This document shows, one piece after another, positions 1 through 9,163 of a DNA stretch of 42,226 nt (position 1 is its first letter; each line of letters begins with the position of its first letter). The DNA lies in contig JAWLEP010000012.1 of assembly GCA_041686025.1 (NCBI GenBank), forward strand, positions 1-42,226, in the 5' to 3' direction. This stretch comes from Candidatus Fermentibacteraceae bacterium (lineage in GTDB: Bacteria; Fermentibacterota; Fermentibacteria; Fermentibacterales; JCC-6). Under the pieces are notes generated by a model. It saw only the letters and a program-made list of their open reading frames with translations. It was not told where the DNA came from and ran no database searches. A program made the translations under genes and the position numbers.

Positions 1-984
1 CGCATTGACTCCAACATCGGTGGCGGAGGGGGCGGCATTCTCATGGGCTGCGACAGCGCTCTTGTCTGCGGGAATGCCATCACCGGCAACAACGGGGGCG
101 GTCATGGCGGAGGTATCTACATTGATGAGGGAACTGTTACCCTCATCGGCAACGTCATTGCGGAGAACTACGCAACTTCAGTCGGGGGAGGTGTATATGA
201 AAGGTCCTCGGAGACAATTTACATGCTCAACAATTCGATCATAAACAATGCTACCGATCCGGATGACTCATGGGGAGGTGGCCTGCGATCCTGGAAAGAC
301 TCGATATTCATTGAGAACTCCATCTTCTGGGGCAATTCAGCCACGACCGGACCTCAAATCACACTCCCCGGAACGCTGGACACAACCTATGCGTGGATTG
401 AATACTGCAACATCCAGGGCGGCCAGGATTCCATCTACCATTCCGACTCATTGACTTACCTGAGCTGGGGCCCGGGGAACACCGACGTCGACCCGGAGTT
501 TGAGGCCGGCCCGCTGAGCGACTACCACCTGGCGTGGGGCTCGCCCTGCATAGACGCCGGCAACCCCTCCCCCGAGCACTACGATCCCGAGGATCCACTC
601 AACCCCGGCTACGCCCTGTGGCCCGCCATGGGCACGCTGCTCAACGACATGGGCGCCTACGGCGGAGGCGGAGTGGGCTACTGGCTGGCGGTAGAGGATC
701 CCGGCGGCCCCTCTCCCCCCTCCCCGGGCCCGGAGCTGCGTGTCTTCCCCAACCCGTTTACCTCCTCCTGTGCTGTGTGCTTCGAGCTCTCAGAGACCGG
801 CCATGTCACCGTGGACGTATACGACCTCTCCGGCAGGCTGGTGGAGAGGATCTTCGACCGGGAGGCCGGCCCCGGTGACCAGGCCGTCTGGCTGGACGCT
901 ACCGGCCTGCCTGCGGGGGTGTATGTGGTCAGAATTGTCGCGCAAGAGGCTGCGAACACGGAAAGGTGCGTGCTTCTGAGATGA
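1..984 (+). CDS. T9SS type A sorting-domain protein with right-handed parallel beta-helix repeats (5'-truncated by window)
   Basis: Frame is open from base 1 (RIDSNIGGGGGGILMG...). GGGI/GNxI beta-helix repeats, DPEF...DYHL...SPCIDAG...DMGAYGG motif, and C-terminal VFPNPF...VYDLSGRLV...LPAGVYVVR typical of the Por secretion CTD. Confidence 0.85.
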   Translation, partial: RIDSNIGGGGGGILMGCDSALVCGNAITGNNGGGHGGGIYIDEGTVTLIGNVIAENYATSVGGGVYERSSETIYMLNNSIINNATDPDDSWGGGLRSWKDSIFIENSIFWGNSATTGPQITLPGTLDTTYAWIEYCNIQGGQDSIYHSDSLTYLSWGPGNTDVDPEFEAGPLSDYHLAWGSPCIDAGNPSPEHYDPEDPLNPGYALWPAMGTLLNDMGAYGGGGVGYWLAVEDPGGPSPPSPGPELRVFPNPFTSSCAVCFELSETGHVTVDVYDLSGRLVERIFDREAGPGDQAVWLDATGLPAGVYVVRIVAQEAANTERCVLLR

Positions 985-2327
985 GAGCGAAAATGACCGC
1001 CCTGACGGCGTGCATGATCGTGTTGGCCTCATGCGGCGAAGACCCCTCCGGGCCATCCGGCGGCGAAGGCCCCACGCCCTCGAACCTGCGGGTGCAGTTC
1101 ACCGGGGGGTGGACTCCCTGGGAAGATGCCGGACGGCCGGAGCGCGGCCCCAAGGATCTCAGCTGGGAGGTGACGGCCACCTGGAGCATGTGTCCGGACA
1201 CGGCGGCGTTCCTCTCCTACACCCTGTTCCGGTCGCAGTCCCCCGGTATAGAGGAGGACCCTGACTCGGCCGAGATCCTGGAGGTGCTGGATTCTCCGGC
1301 GGACACCCAGCTGGTGGAGAGCAGCGGGTACTGGGACATCGACTACTGGTACGCCGTGCGCACCATGGACGCCGACAGCCTGGTGGCCTGGAGCGGCGAG
1401 GCCTGGATGCCGGCGGTGCCCAGAACGTCCTTCGGGGGGCCCGATTACCTGGAGGACGTGGTGCAGCTGGGCGACGGAGCTGCGGGGCTGTGCGAGCCCG
1501 CGGCGCAGGGCGGGGTGTACGTGGCCTGCTACCACGATGACGCGGTCTGGATCGTGGGCCCTCCGCCCTACTGCCCCGTGGAGGACACCATCGCGGTGGG
1601 AAGCCGGCCCCTGGACGTCTGCGCCGACCCGTCCGGGGAGCGCCTGCTGGTCTCCAACAGCGGCGACGGCACGGTGTCGGTGCTGGATGCCGCGTCCGGA
1701 CAGGTGGAGGCGGTTCTGGAGGTGGGCGAAACTCCCGCGGGCATCTGCTATACCGACGAGGTGTTCCTGCTGGCCTGCCACGGCTCTGACATGGTCTACG
1801 CCGTGGACGCCGAAGCCGCAGCCGTGGTGGACTCAGTGGAGGTGGGCGCGGGTCCCTGGGACATCTGCGCGGTCCCGGAGGTCGGGCGGGCCTACGTGGC
1901 CTGCCGCCAGGCGGGCACCGTATGCGTTCTCGACACCGATGAGCTGTCGGTGGGCGCGGAGATACCCGCGGGCCAGGATCCCAAGGCCGTATGCCGCCTG
2001 CCGGGCCAGCCGCTGGTCTGCGCCGCCGACGGAGAGGGCGGAGCCGTCTACCTGATCCACGTGCTGACCGGCGAGGTGGTGGGCGAGATCCCCGTATCCG
2101 CCGGCCCCGCCGGGTGCTCGGGCCTGCCCAGCGGCAACCTCATCTACGTCTGCTGCTACTGGGAGAACTCGATAGAGGTCTACGATGCCTTCAGCCGGGA
2201 GCTGCTGTTCACACTGGAGGGCGCCGCCCGCCCCCTGGAGGTCTGCGCCGGCGGGCAGGGGGAGTACGTATACGCCACCAGCTTCGCCACGGGGGAGCTG
2301 TTCGTCTACGGCTACTACTACTACTGA
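981..2327 (+). CDS. Lipoprotein with N-terminal FN3-like domain and YncE/YVTN-type beta-propeller
   Basis: ATGA overlap with the upstream stop; lipobox VLASC; repeated VGxxPxxI motifs (VGSRPLDV, VGETPAGI, VGAGPWDI) and VSNSGDGTVSVLD. Confidence 0.8.
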   Translation: MRAKMTALTACMIVLASCGEDPSGPSGGEGPTPSNLRVQFTGGWTPWEDAGRPERGPKDLSWEVTATWSMCPDTAAFLSYTLFRSQSPGIEEDPDSAEILEVLDSPADTQLVESSGYWDIDYWYAVRTMDADSLVAWSGEAWMPAVPRTSFGGPDYLEDVVQLGDGAAGLCEPAAQGGVYVACYHDDAVWIVGPPPYCPVEDTIAVGSRPLDVCADPSGERLLVSNSGDGTVSVLDAASGQVEAVLEVGETPAGICYTDEVFLLACHGSDMVYAVDAEAAAVVDSVEVGAGPWDICAVPEVGRAYVACRQAGTVCVLDTDELSVGAEIPAGQDPKAVCRLPGQPLVCAADGEGGAVYLIHVLTGEVVGEIPVSAGPAGCSGLPSGNLIYVCCYWENSIEVYDAFSRELLFTLEGAARPLEVCAGGQGEYVYATSFATGELFVYGYYYY

Positions 2328-3049
2328 CCGTCGGGGGGCTGCAGGCCCACCTCACGGTAGAGCTCTGCCAGGATAGCGCCTCCCAGCGGCTTCCAGGAGC
2401 CCCGCTTCACCCCCTGCAGCCTGACCGGGCCGTAGGCCGTCCTCTCCAGGAAGCGCAGCCCCAGGCCCGCCGCCTTCACCAGCCTGCGGACCTCGTGGTA
2501 GCGGCCCCGGTCCAGCACCACCGTGAGCTCCCTGGCACCCGTCCGCTCCACCGACAGTGGCTTGCATACCTCCCCCCTGCCGATGCGCAGGCCCTTTCGC
2601 ATGGACTCCATGGCGCCTCCACGGGGCTTTGCGCGCAGGCCCACCCGGTACTCGCGGGTGACCCCCCAACGGGGGTGGGAGAGGCGGTGCAGCAGCTCGC
2701 CGTCGTTGGTGCACAGCAGCAGTCCCCCGGTCTTCACGTCCAGACGGCCGCAGGGCCGGCAGCCCCGGGGCATGCCCTCCATCAGCTGGGCCACGGTTCT
2801 GCGGTCCTTGCGGGAGGCCATTGTGGTCTCGTAGCCCACGGGCTTGTTCAGCACGGCCACGAAGGCCGGCGGCAGGCTCACCCCCTGGCCCATGTAGCTG
2901 ACGCTGTCACCCTTCGAGAGCCGGTGGGAGGGGTCGCGGATCACCCGGCCGTTCACCGAGCACAGCCCCTGCCGGACGTTCTCGGAGCAGGTGCGGCGGG
3001 AGTCCACCCCCGCCCGGGAGAGGTAGCTGTCCAGGCGGGAGCCGTCCAT
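2321..3049 (-). CDS. rluB: rRNA pseudouridine synthase (RsuA/RluB family) with S4 domain
   Basis: RLDSYLSRAGVDSRR S4 start, LNKPVG, catalytic GRLD, GRYHEVRR, LERTAYG; follows scpA-scpB. Alternative start at 3070. Confidence 0.85.
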   Translation of the reverse strand: MDGSRLDSYLSRAGVDSRRTCSENVRQGLCSVNGRVIRDPSHRLSKGDSVSYMGQGVSLPPAFVAVLNKPVGYETTMASRKDRRTVAQLMEGMPRGCRPCGRLDVKTGGLLLCTNDGELLHRLSHPRWGVTREYRVGLRAKPRGGAMESMRKGLRIGRGEVCKPLSVERTGARELTVVLDRGRYHEVRRLVKAAGLGLRFLERTAYGPVRLQGVKRGSWKPLGGAILAELYREVGLQPPDGQ

Positions 3050-3062
3050 GGAGGCCGGAACG

Positions 3063-3671
3063 CTACCCATCCTCTGCGGCGTCCTCCTTCGGGGAGGCCT
3101 TCTCCCCTTCGGGGTGGTCCGGCCTCTGCAGCTCCTCGGGAGGCGTCTGCAGAAGCTCGGTGATCTCGTCCAGCCGGGGCAGGTGGTCGAGGTCGTCGAG
3201 GCCGAAGTAGAGCAGGAACTCCTGCGTGGTGGCGTAGAGAAGGGGCCTGCCCGGCAGCTCCCTGCGGCCGGCTATGCGTATCATGTTCCGTTCCAGCAGG
3301 GTGCGCAGGGCACTGTCGCAGCCCACGCCGCGGATCTCCTCCACCTCCGCCCGGGTGCAGGGCTGGCTGTAGGCCACCACCGCCAGGGTCTCCAGGGAGG
3401 CGCGGCTGAGCTTGCCGGGCCTTCTGTCCTCGAAGAGCAGCGAGACCACCTCCCCCAGGGCCGGGTCGGTGACGATGCGCCAGCCGCTTCCCACCCGGCG
3501 GAGCATCATGGCGTGGCCACCCTCCTCCAGGGAGCCCGATATCCTGTCCAGGGCCTGCTGCACGGAATCCTCCAGGGCGCCGGTGATGCGGGTAAGGGTC
3601 TCCATGTCCACGGGGGTGTCGGCGGCGAAGATGATGGCCTCGATCTCCCGCGCCAGCTTGTCCAGGATCAT
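3063..3671 (-). CDS. scpB: SMC-Scp complex subunit ScpB
   Basis: IEAIIFA, LSRASLETLAVVAYSQPCTRAEVEEIRGV, GRPLLYATTQEFLLYFGL; ATG overlaps the scpA stop (ATGA). Confidence 0.95.
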   Translation of the reverse strand: MILDKLAREIEAIIFAADTPVDMETLTRITGALEDSVQQALDRISGSLEEGGHAMMLRRVGSGWRIVTDPALGEVVSLLFEDRRPGKLSRASLETLAVVAYSQPCTRAEVEEIRGVGCDSALRTLLERNMIRIAGRRELPGRPLLYATTQEFLLYFGLDDLDHLPRLDEITELLQTPPEELQRPDHPEGEKASPKEDAAEDG

Positions 3672-4414
3672 TCCGGTGCAGCTCCTTTCGGTGCGGCCGC
3701 CATGCTGGGCGCCACTGTCAGCTCCCCCAGGGGCGAGGTCTGCCTGATTACGACCCTTCCCCTGACGGCCAGCTCCAGCAGGGCGAGGAAGTAGTATATG
3801 ATGCGCTCGGGGCCGGCGTTCCCGCCCACCAGCCGGCGGAAGCCCATGGGACCCCGGTCCTTCAGGCTGGTCTCTATGTCGACTATGCACTCGGCCAGGC
3901 TCATCCGGGGCCTCTCGAACCTGGCCGGCGGAGGCGGGAGCCTGTCCGCCTGCAGCTCCTCCAGCGCTCCCACCAGGTCCAGTATGCTGGCCTGGCCGGG
4001 GTCCATGGGCGCGGTGTCTCGGGACCAGCGGCCCCTCTCGCCGGGGCCGGGGAACGAGTCGCGCCAGACGTTCTCTATCTCCCTCAGCTCGCCGGAGACC
4101 TCCCGGAAGGCCCGGTAGAGCACCAGCTGCCGCAGAAGAAGGGCCCTGGGGTCCTCATCCTCGTCCCCCTCCCCTCTGCGGGGAAGCAGTGAGCGGCTCT
4201 TGATGCTGGTGAGGGTGGCGGCCATCACCAGGTACTCGCTGGCCACGTCCAGGTTCAGCTCCCGGGCGGCCCGTATGTACTGCAGGTACTGCCGGGCCAC
4301 GTGGGCCACGGGGACGTCCCAGATGTCCAGCTCGTCGCGGCGGATCAGGTACAGCAGCAGGTCCAGCGGGCCCTCGAACAGCTCCAGCGTCACCCGGCAG
4401 GTGTCAGCAGACAT
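3668..4414 (-). CDS. scpA: Segregation and condensation protein A (kleisin)
   Basis: FEGPLDLLLYLI...SEYLVMAATL.IKSRSLLP; C-terminal FLALLEL. Confidence 0.95.
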   Translation of the reverse strand: MSADTCRVTLELFEGPLDLLLYLIRRDELDIWDVPVAHVARQYLQYIRAARELNLDVASEYLVMAATLTSIKSRSLLPRRGEGDEDEDPRALLLRQLVLYRAFREVSGELREIENVWRDSFPGPGERGRWSRDTAPMDPGQASILDLVGALEELQADRLPPPPARFERPRMSLAECIVDIETSLKDRGPMGFRRLVGGNAGPERIIYYFLALLELAVRGRVVIRQTSPLGELTVAPSMAAAPKGAAPE

Positions 4415-5276
4415 AGCCGAACTCCAGCAGGTCGGCGGGCCTGTCCGGCCAGGCCTCCCGGACCTTCACCCAGAGGTCGAGCCGCACCTCGCGGCCCAGT
4501 ACCTTCTGGGCCTCACCCCCGGCCGCCCCCACGATCTCCTGCAGGGTCCGGCCCTTGCGGCCTATGACCACACCCTTGTTGGAGTGCCGCGACACGTGGA
4601 GGTTGGCCCGGACGTAGGTCCTTCCGTCACGGAAGGAGAACTCCTGTATCTGCACCGCCGTGGTGTCGGCTATCCGCCAGGGCAGCACCTCGTAGAGCTG
4701 GGTTCGGATCAGCTCGCTTACCAGGAAGCGCTCGGAGTGCAGCGACCTGCACTCCGCCGGAAATAGGGCCCCCCTGCGGGGAAGCTGCGCGATCAGGGTG
4801 GAAAGCAGCCGGTCCACTCCGCGGCCCGAAGGCGGGCAGACGCCAACCACGGCGTTGAAGCTGCCGTTCACCGAGGCCAGGTTCAGAAATGAGGGCTGCA
4901 GGCCTCCCGGGAAGAAGTCCAGGAAGGTCACGGCGCACACCGAAGGGACCTCGCCCCCCTCCACGAAACGCCTTATGTCCGGGTTCCGCAGCTGCTCCAC
5001 CAGGCTTCGGGCGTCCACCACAACGCAGAGGACGTCCAGCCAGTCCAGAACCTCCAGGTCGGGGTTGCGGTCCAGGGGCGGGGTGTCCACGAAGCAGGCC
5101 TGGAAGTCCCTGCCCATGTGCAGTCCGGTGAGGGGCACCCTGGTGGTGCCCGGCTGCTGGCTCACAGGGGATATCCTGTTGCCCACCAGTGCGTTGAGGA
5201 GACTGGATCGGCCCGTGTTCGCCGGACCCACCATGCCCACGTAGCCGGTTCGCATCTGACTGTCCACCGACGCCAT
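4404..5276 (-). CDS. era: Era-family GTPase-like protein with KH domain (GTPase motifs degenerate)
   Basis: Era architecture: GYVGMVG...LLNALVG..IS.VS..P.TTR, SELIR, KGVVIGRKG KH motif, V.LDLWVKV...W. G1/G3/G4 are altered (see findings). Confidence 0.8.
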   Translation of the reverse strand: MASVDSQMRTGYVGMVGPANTGRSSLLNALVGNRISPVSQQPGTTRVPLTGLHMGRDFQACFVDTPPLDRNPDLEVLDWLDVLCVVVDARSLVEQLRNPDIRRFVEGGEVPSVCAVTFLDFFPGGLQPSFLNLASVNGSFNAVVGVCPPSGRGVDRLLSTLIAQLPRRGALFPAECRSLHSERFLVSELIRTQLYEVLPWRIADTTAVQIQEFSFRDGRTYVRANLHVSRHSNKGVVIGRKGRTLQEIVGAAGGEAQKVLGREVRLDLWVKVREAWPDRPADLLEFGYVC

Positions 5277-6686
5277 CTAGAGCCCCGCACCCCCGTCGGC
5301 GGAGTCGGGCGGGACCGTGTCCGCAGAAGTCTCTGCGCTGCCGGCGGAGACGGTATCCGGAGGCTGGGGCACCGTTCCCCTCAGCGCCGCCATGCTCCCC
5401 CCCGCCGTACCCAGGTAGACCACCCCTCCGGCAACGGTGGGGGCCGTGCCCGAGTAGCTGCCCATCTCCAGGGAGTCCACCGGGGAGCCGTCGGCCAGGG
5501 AGAGGACGTGCAGCCTCTTGTCGTCGCAGGATACGTAGACCAGGGAGTCGCCCACGGACGGCGGCACTTGGACCCAGTTCTCCATCTCCCGGTTCCAGAA
5601 TACGCTGCCGTCCTCCAGGCTCATGCAGGCCACGCGGCTGTGGCTGGTCCCGGCCAGAACCCTGTTCCCCCGGACCACGGGACGGCCCACCAGGGCCCTG
5701 TAGCCGCCGGACTGCAGGTCGGCGGCCCATAGGTCGGAGCCGTCGGCCAGGGACAGGCAGCGGACTGTGCCGTTGGAGAGCCCCACCAGCACCCTGCCTT
5801 CGGCGGCGCTGGGATGGGATGCCTGGTGGCCGAGGTCACGGCTCCATGAGCGGGTGCCGTCGAAACCGTATGCCGCCACCCGGCCGCCTTCGGTGGAGAC
5901 CACTGCCAGGGAGTCCGTCACCGCGGCTCCCAGAACGAGCCCTCCCAGGTTGTCGCTCCAGGCCACCTCGCCGTCGCCGGTGGAGAGGGCGGCCACTCCG
6001 CCCCGGGAGTTCCCCGCCAGCACCAGGCTGTCTGCCAGCAGGGCGGCGTCGCTGAGGATGTGGTAGCCCAGGCCCGCCTTCCAGAGCTGGGTGCCGCTCT
6101 GGCGGTCGAGGCAGTAGAGATAGCCGTCCTGTCCTCCGAAGTAGACGCGCTGGGAGTCCACCGCCGCCTCTCCCGCTATCCCGCACTGCACGGGGAAGGC
6201 CCATAGGGCCCTGCCTTCCACGGCGCCTACGGCCCGGAAGCGCGAGTCGTTGCAGCCGAAGTAGAGTACGCCGTCCAGCATTGCCGGGGCGGCGAACAGC
6301 TCGTATCCGGTGCGTATCTCCCAGAGGGTGTCGAACGGGCCGGCGACATCTGGGCCCCAGAAGGCGTTGCCGGAGGCCGACCCCCGCGGCTGCGACCACG
6401 GCTCCGGGAGGCTGTCGGAGCCGGAAGGCGCCAGGCTGTCGGTGCCGCTGCTGTCCAGTCCCGCGGCCACGGCGGAGGGCACCGGCGCCCGGGGGAATGA
6501 CTCGCCCGAGCTCTCCGAGCCTCCCCCGGAGCCTCCGCCGGGCTGCAGCAGCAGAAGGGCTGCCAGCACCGCCGCCAGAAAGGAGAGCACCACCGCCGTC
6601 TGACGGCCGGAAAGGGGCTCAATGCCTGTGTCTGCGGCGCTCATCGACCTGTCGCTCACGGCTCCCCCTACCTGCCCGGATTCCAC
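5277..6686 (-). CDS. Membrane-anchored PQQ-like (BamB-like) beta-propeller protein
   Basis: N-terminal hydrophobic helix, low-complexity linker, repeated VYFGxxDGxLYCLDxxSGxxLW blades; GGGAGG SD before the GTG at 6686. Confidence 0.85.
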   Translation of the reverse strand: MESGQVGGAVSDRSMSAADTGIEPLSGRQTAVVLSFLAAVLAALLLLQPGGGSGGGSESSGESFPRAPVPSAVAAGLDSSGTDSLAPSGSDSLPEPWSQPRGSASGNAFWGPDVAGPFDTLWEIRTGYELFAAPAMLDGVLYFGCNDSRFRAVGAVEGRALWAFPVQCGIAGEAAVDSQRVYFGGQDGYLYCLDRQSGTQLWKAGLGYHILSDAALLADSLVLAGNSRGGVAALSTGDGEVAWSDNLGGLVLGAAVTDSLAVVSTEGGRVAAYGFDGTRSWSRDLGHQASHPSAAEGRVLVGLSNGTVRCLSLADGSDLWAADLQSGGYRALVGRPVVRGNRVLAGTSHSRVACMSLEDGSVFWNREMENWVQVPPSVGDSLVYVSCDDKRLHVLSLADGSPVDSLEMGSYSGTAPTVAGGVVYLGTAGGSMAALRGTVPQPPDTVSAGSAETSADTVPPDSADGGAGL

Positions 6687-6701
6687 TTCTGCCCTCCCCG
6701 C

Positions 6702-7502
6702 TCAGTATATGACAACCGGGTCCCCCACCTCCAGGGTCTCGAAGACGGCCTCCAGGTCCCGCTCGCTGAGACGGATGCACCCGTGGCTGGAGTTGCGGCC
6801 CCGGCCCACCCCGTAGTGGAGCAGAATCCCGTCGCCCAGGTCCAGCTTGTAGTTCCCCAGGGCTCCGGGCACCTTCTTCACCATCACCCTCTCGGAGGCT
6901 GTCAGTGAGTCTTGGTAGAAGGTTATCTGCTCATCCCATGAGAGGGTATCCGGAATGACCACCAGGCTCTCCGGCTCCGGCGGCCGCATGCCGCGCTCGA
7001 TCCAGTACCAGTCCGGACGGTACCAGTAGGGGTTCTCCCCCGTCCTGATCACCTCCCGGAGGCCCCGGGGGGTCCCGAAGTTGTAGACTATGCCGCTGTC
7101 GCTGTCGGTCCAGCCCTTGCCGGTGCCGCAGTACCCCGAGCGGACCAGAAGATCACCCCGCCGGAGATGGAAGCGGTTCTGCCTGGTATCGATGGTCAGG
7201 TAGTAGCCCGGATGGGTTGCCCGGAGCTCTATCACGCCCAGGTATGCGCTCAGCGAGTCGAGCTTCCTCCGCATCTCCGGCAGCGAATCGTACCTGGCGG
7301 TGAGAAGGCTGTTCAGGCCCGCCAGGCTGTCCCGCTGCGCCACGCTCACCATAAGGCTGTCTACGTGGTGCTGATGATGCCGCCTCTGCTCCGCGATCCT
7401 CCCCCGAAGGCGGACCACGGCGAACAGGCTCACAGCCAGCGAAAGAGCCAGGCTGGCCACAACGAACACTACCGCACGTCTGAAGCCGCTGCAGGAGGGC
7501 AC
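6702..7502 (-). CDS. L,D-transpeptidase (YkuD family), membrane-anchored
   Basis: N-terminal TM helix and coiled coil; GALG.Y.L.LGDGILLH...SHGCIRL catalytic motif; GDPVVIY end. Confidence 0.9.
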   Translation of the reverse strand: MPSCSGFRRAVVFVVASLALSLAVSLFAVVRLRGRIAEQRRHHQHHVDSLMVSVAQRDSLAGLNSLLTARYDSLPEMRRKLDSLSAYLGVIELRATHPGYYLTIDTRQNRFHLRRGDLLVRSGYCGTGKGWTDSDSGIVYNFGTPRGLREVIRTGENPYWYRPDWYWIERGMRPPEPESLVVIPDTLSWDEQITFYQDSLTASERVMVKKVPGALGNYKLDLGDGILLHYGVGRGRNSSHGCIRLSERDLEAVFETLEVGDPVVIY

Positions 7503-7505
7503 GGG

Positions 7506-8450
7506 TCAGATCACCGGGTTGGCGACGAGGCTGCGGGCGGTGTTCCACCTGGCCGCGCTTCCCCTCACATCGATGTGAACGAAGGGGCCGTGGGCCCGGT
7601 TCCACCGGTAGGCGGAAGCTCCCCCCACCTGCGCCTCTCCCCTGGCCTCCACCTGCCGGACAATCTCCACCAGACGCTCGCCGTCGAAGACATCCACCCG
7701 CTTGTTGCGGTCGATGTCGTCCATGAGGCCGTTGGCGGGGAAGGACTCGATCCATACGTCGGCCGCTCCGCCGTAGAGGTGCTGGCTGAAGCCGGTCTCG
7801 TTGCCGATGCTGGCGTTGTAGACGGGGGTCCTGAAGCCGGAGATGTTGTGGATGTCGCAGGCTTCCGGGTACTCTCTGATAACCTGCTCCAGAACCGCCT
7901 CCAGCTTGTCGACCAGCTCCAGCTGCAGGGCCATGTACTGGGGGAAGCGGCCCTCGGTGTGGCAGAGGAACTGCCCCAGGGTCAGATGGGTGGACACCCT
8001 CCGCTCCATGTCGCAGGGCATGAGCTCCACGAAGCAGTCCGGAAGGTGGCCGCGGGTGTTGCCGTCGCCGTAGAAACCGATGGGGAAGGAGTTCAGCGTG
8101 GCGGTGCGCCACCTGCGGGTCTCCACCGGGGCAATGACCGTGTATGTCTCGGAGCGGCTTCCGTCCTCGGCCCTCAGCGCCCAGACCCCGTGGCTCCTGG
8201 GCATCCGGAATCCCACTGTGGCACCCTGGGCGCGTCCATCACCGGGAAGGTCCCAGGTGAGCGAATCCACCGACCAGGAGCTGTCGGGAGAGGCCGAGAG
8301 GGTCACCGAGTCTCCGGGCATGGCCATGAAGGCCAGCCTGTGCCGGGGCAGGGAGCTTCCGTCGACGGAGAGGCCCAGGCTCGGGGCGGAGGGACGGGGA
8401 TCGTCGGCCGTGGAGAAGAGCATGAGCATCACCGCGATCCATACGTTCAA
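7506..8450 (-). CDS. Peptidase M15A / YcbK(MepK)-like zinc D,D-peptidase
   Basis: SGFRTPVYN...SQHLYGGAAD...FVHIDVRG zinc-site motifs; start placed at the TTG after an AAGGGAG SD, giving a hydrophobic N-terminus. Confidence 0.85.
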   Translation of the reverse strand: MNVWIAVMLMLFSTADDPRPSAPSLGLSVDGSSLPRHRLAFMAMPGDSVTLSASPDSSWSVDSLTWDLPGDGRAQGATVGFRMPRSHGVWALRAEDGSRSETYTVIAPVETRRWRTATLNSFPIGFYGDGNTRGHLPDCFVELMPCDMERRVSTHLTLGQFLCHTEGRFPQYMALQLELVDKLEAVLEQVIREYPEACDIHNISGFRTPVYNASIGNETGFSQHLYGGAADVWIESFPANGLMDDIDRNKRVDVFDGERLVEIVRQVEARGEAQVGGASAYRWNRAHGPFVHIDVRGSAARWNTARSLVANPVI

Positions 8451-8536
8451 CTGCAGCTCCCTTCGCTGTCGACGGAGGCGGAAATGGACCCTATCCAGCA
8501 ATAGATAAGCATATAGAGGGCGGGTGGCCAGTACCG

Positions 8537-9160
8537 TCAGCGCTCCAGGATCCTCACCCTCCTGCCCTCCAGCCGGAGCCTGCCGGCGCAATGAAGGGAG
8601 ACCGCCCGGGGATACAGCCTGTGCTCGCTGCGGAGGATCCTGGCCGCCAGCTGCTCCGGGGTGTCGTCCCCGAGCACCTCCACCGTTTCCTGGAGTATCA
8701 CCGGTCCGCTGTCCATGCCCGGGTCCACGTAGTGGACCGTGCACCCGGACCAGCGGACGCCGTACTCCACCGCCTGCCGCTGGGCCTCCAGGCCAGGGAA
8801 CGCCGGGAGAAGCGAGGGGTGGATGTTCATCACCGCCCCGGGAAAGGCCTCCAGCATGGGGCCCTTCAGCATCCGCATGAAGCCGGCCAGACACACCAGC
8901 TCCACTCCCCGCTCCCGGAGCATGCGGGCCCACTCCCTCTCCTCATCGATCCCCATTCTCGTCCGGTAGTTCCCGGGGTAGAGGCTGGCCGCCTCCACTC
9001 CCAGCCTGCCGGCCCGCTCCAGGACCGGGGCATCCCGGCGGTCGCTCACCACCATGTCCACCCTTCCGGGGGAGGTATCGCCCCTTGCCAGGGCCTCGAA
9101 GTTGCTTCCCCGTCCCGACGCCAGAACCGCCACCTTCGTCCGCTTCTCTTTCCCGGTCAC
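8537..9160 (-). CDS. purN: Phosphoribosylglycinamide formyltransferase
   Basis: VLASGRGSNFEAL, LAGFMR, NIHPSLLPAFPG, GCTVHYV..GMDSGPVI.Q, EHRLY. Confidence 0.97.
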   Translation of the reverse strand: MTGKEKRTKVAVLASGRGSNFEALARGDTSPGRVDMVVSDRRDAPVLERAGRLGVEAASLYPGNYRTRMGIDEEREWARMLRERGVELVCLAGFMRMLKGPMLEAFPGAVMNIHPSLLPAFPGLEAQRQAVEYGVRWSGCTVHYVDPGMDSGPVILQETVEVLGDDTPEQLAARILRSEHRLYPRAVSLHCAGRLRLEGRRVRILER

Positions 9161-9163
9161 CTG

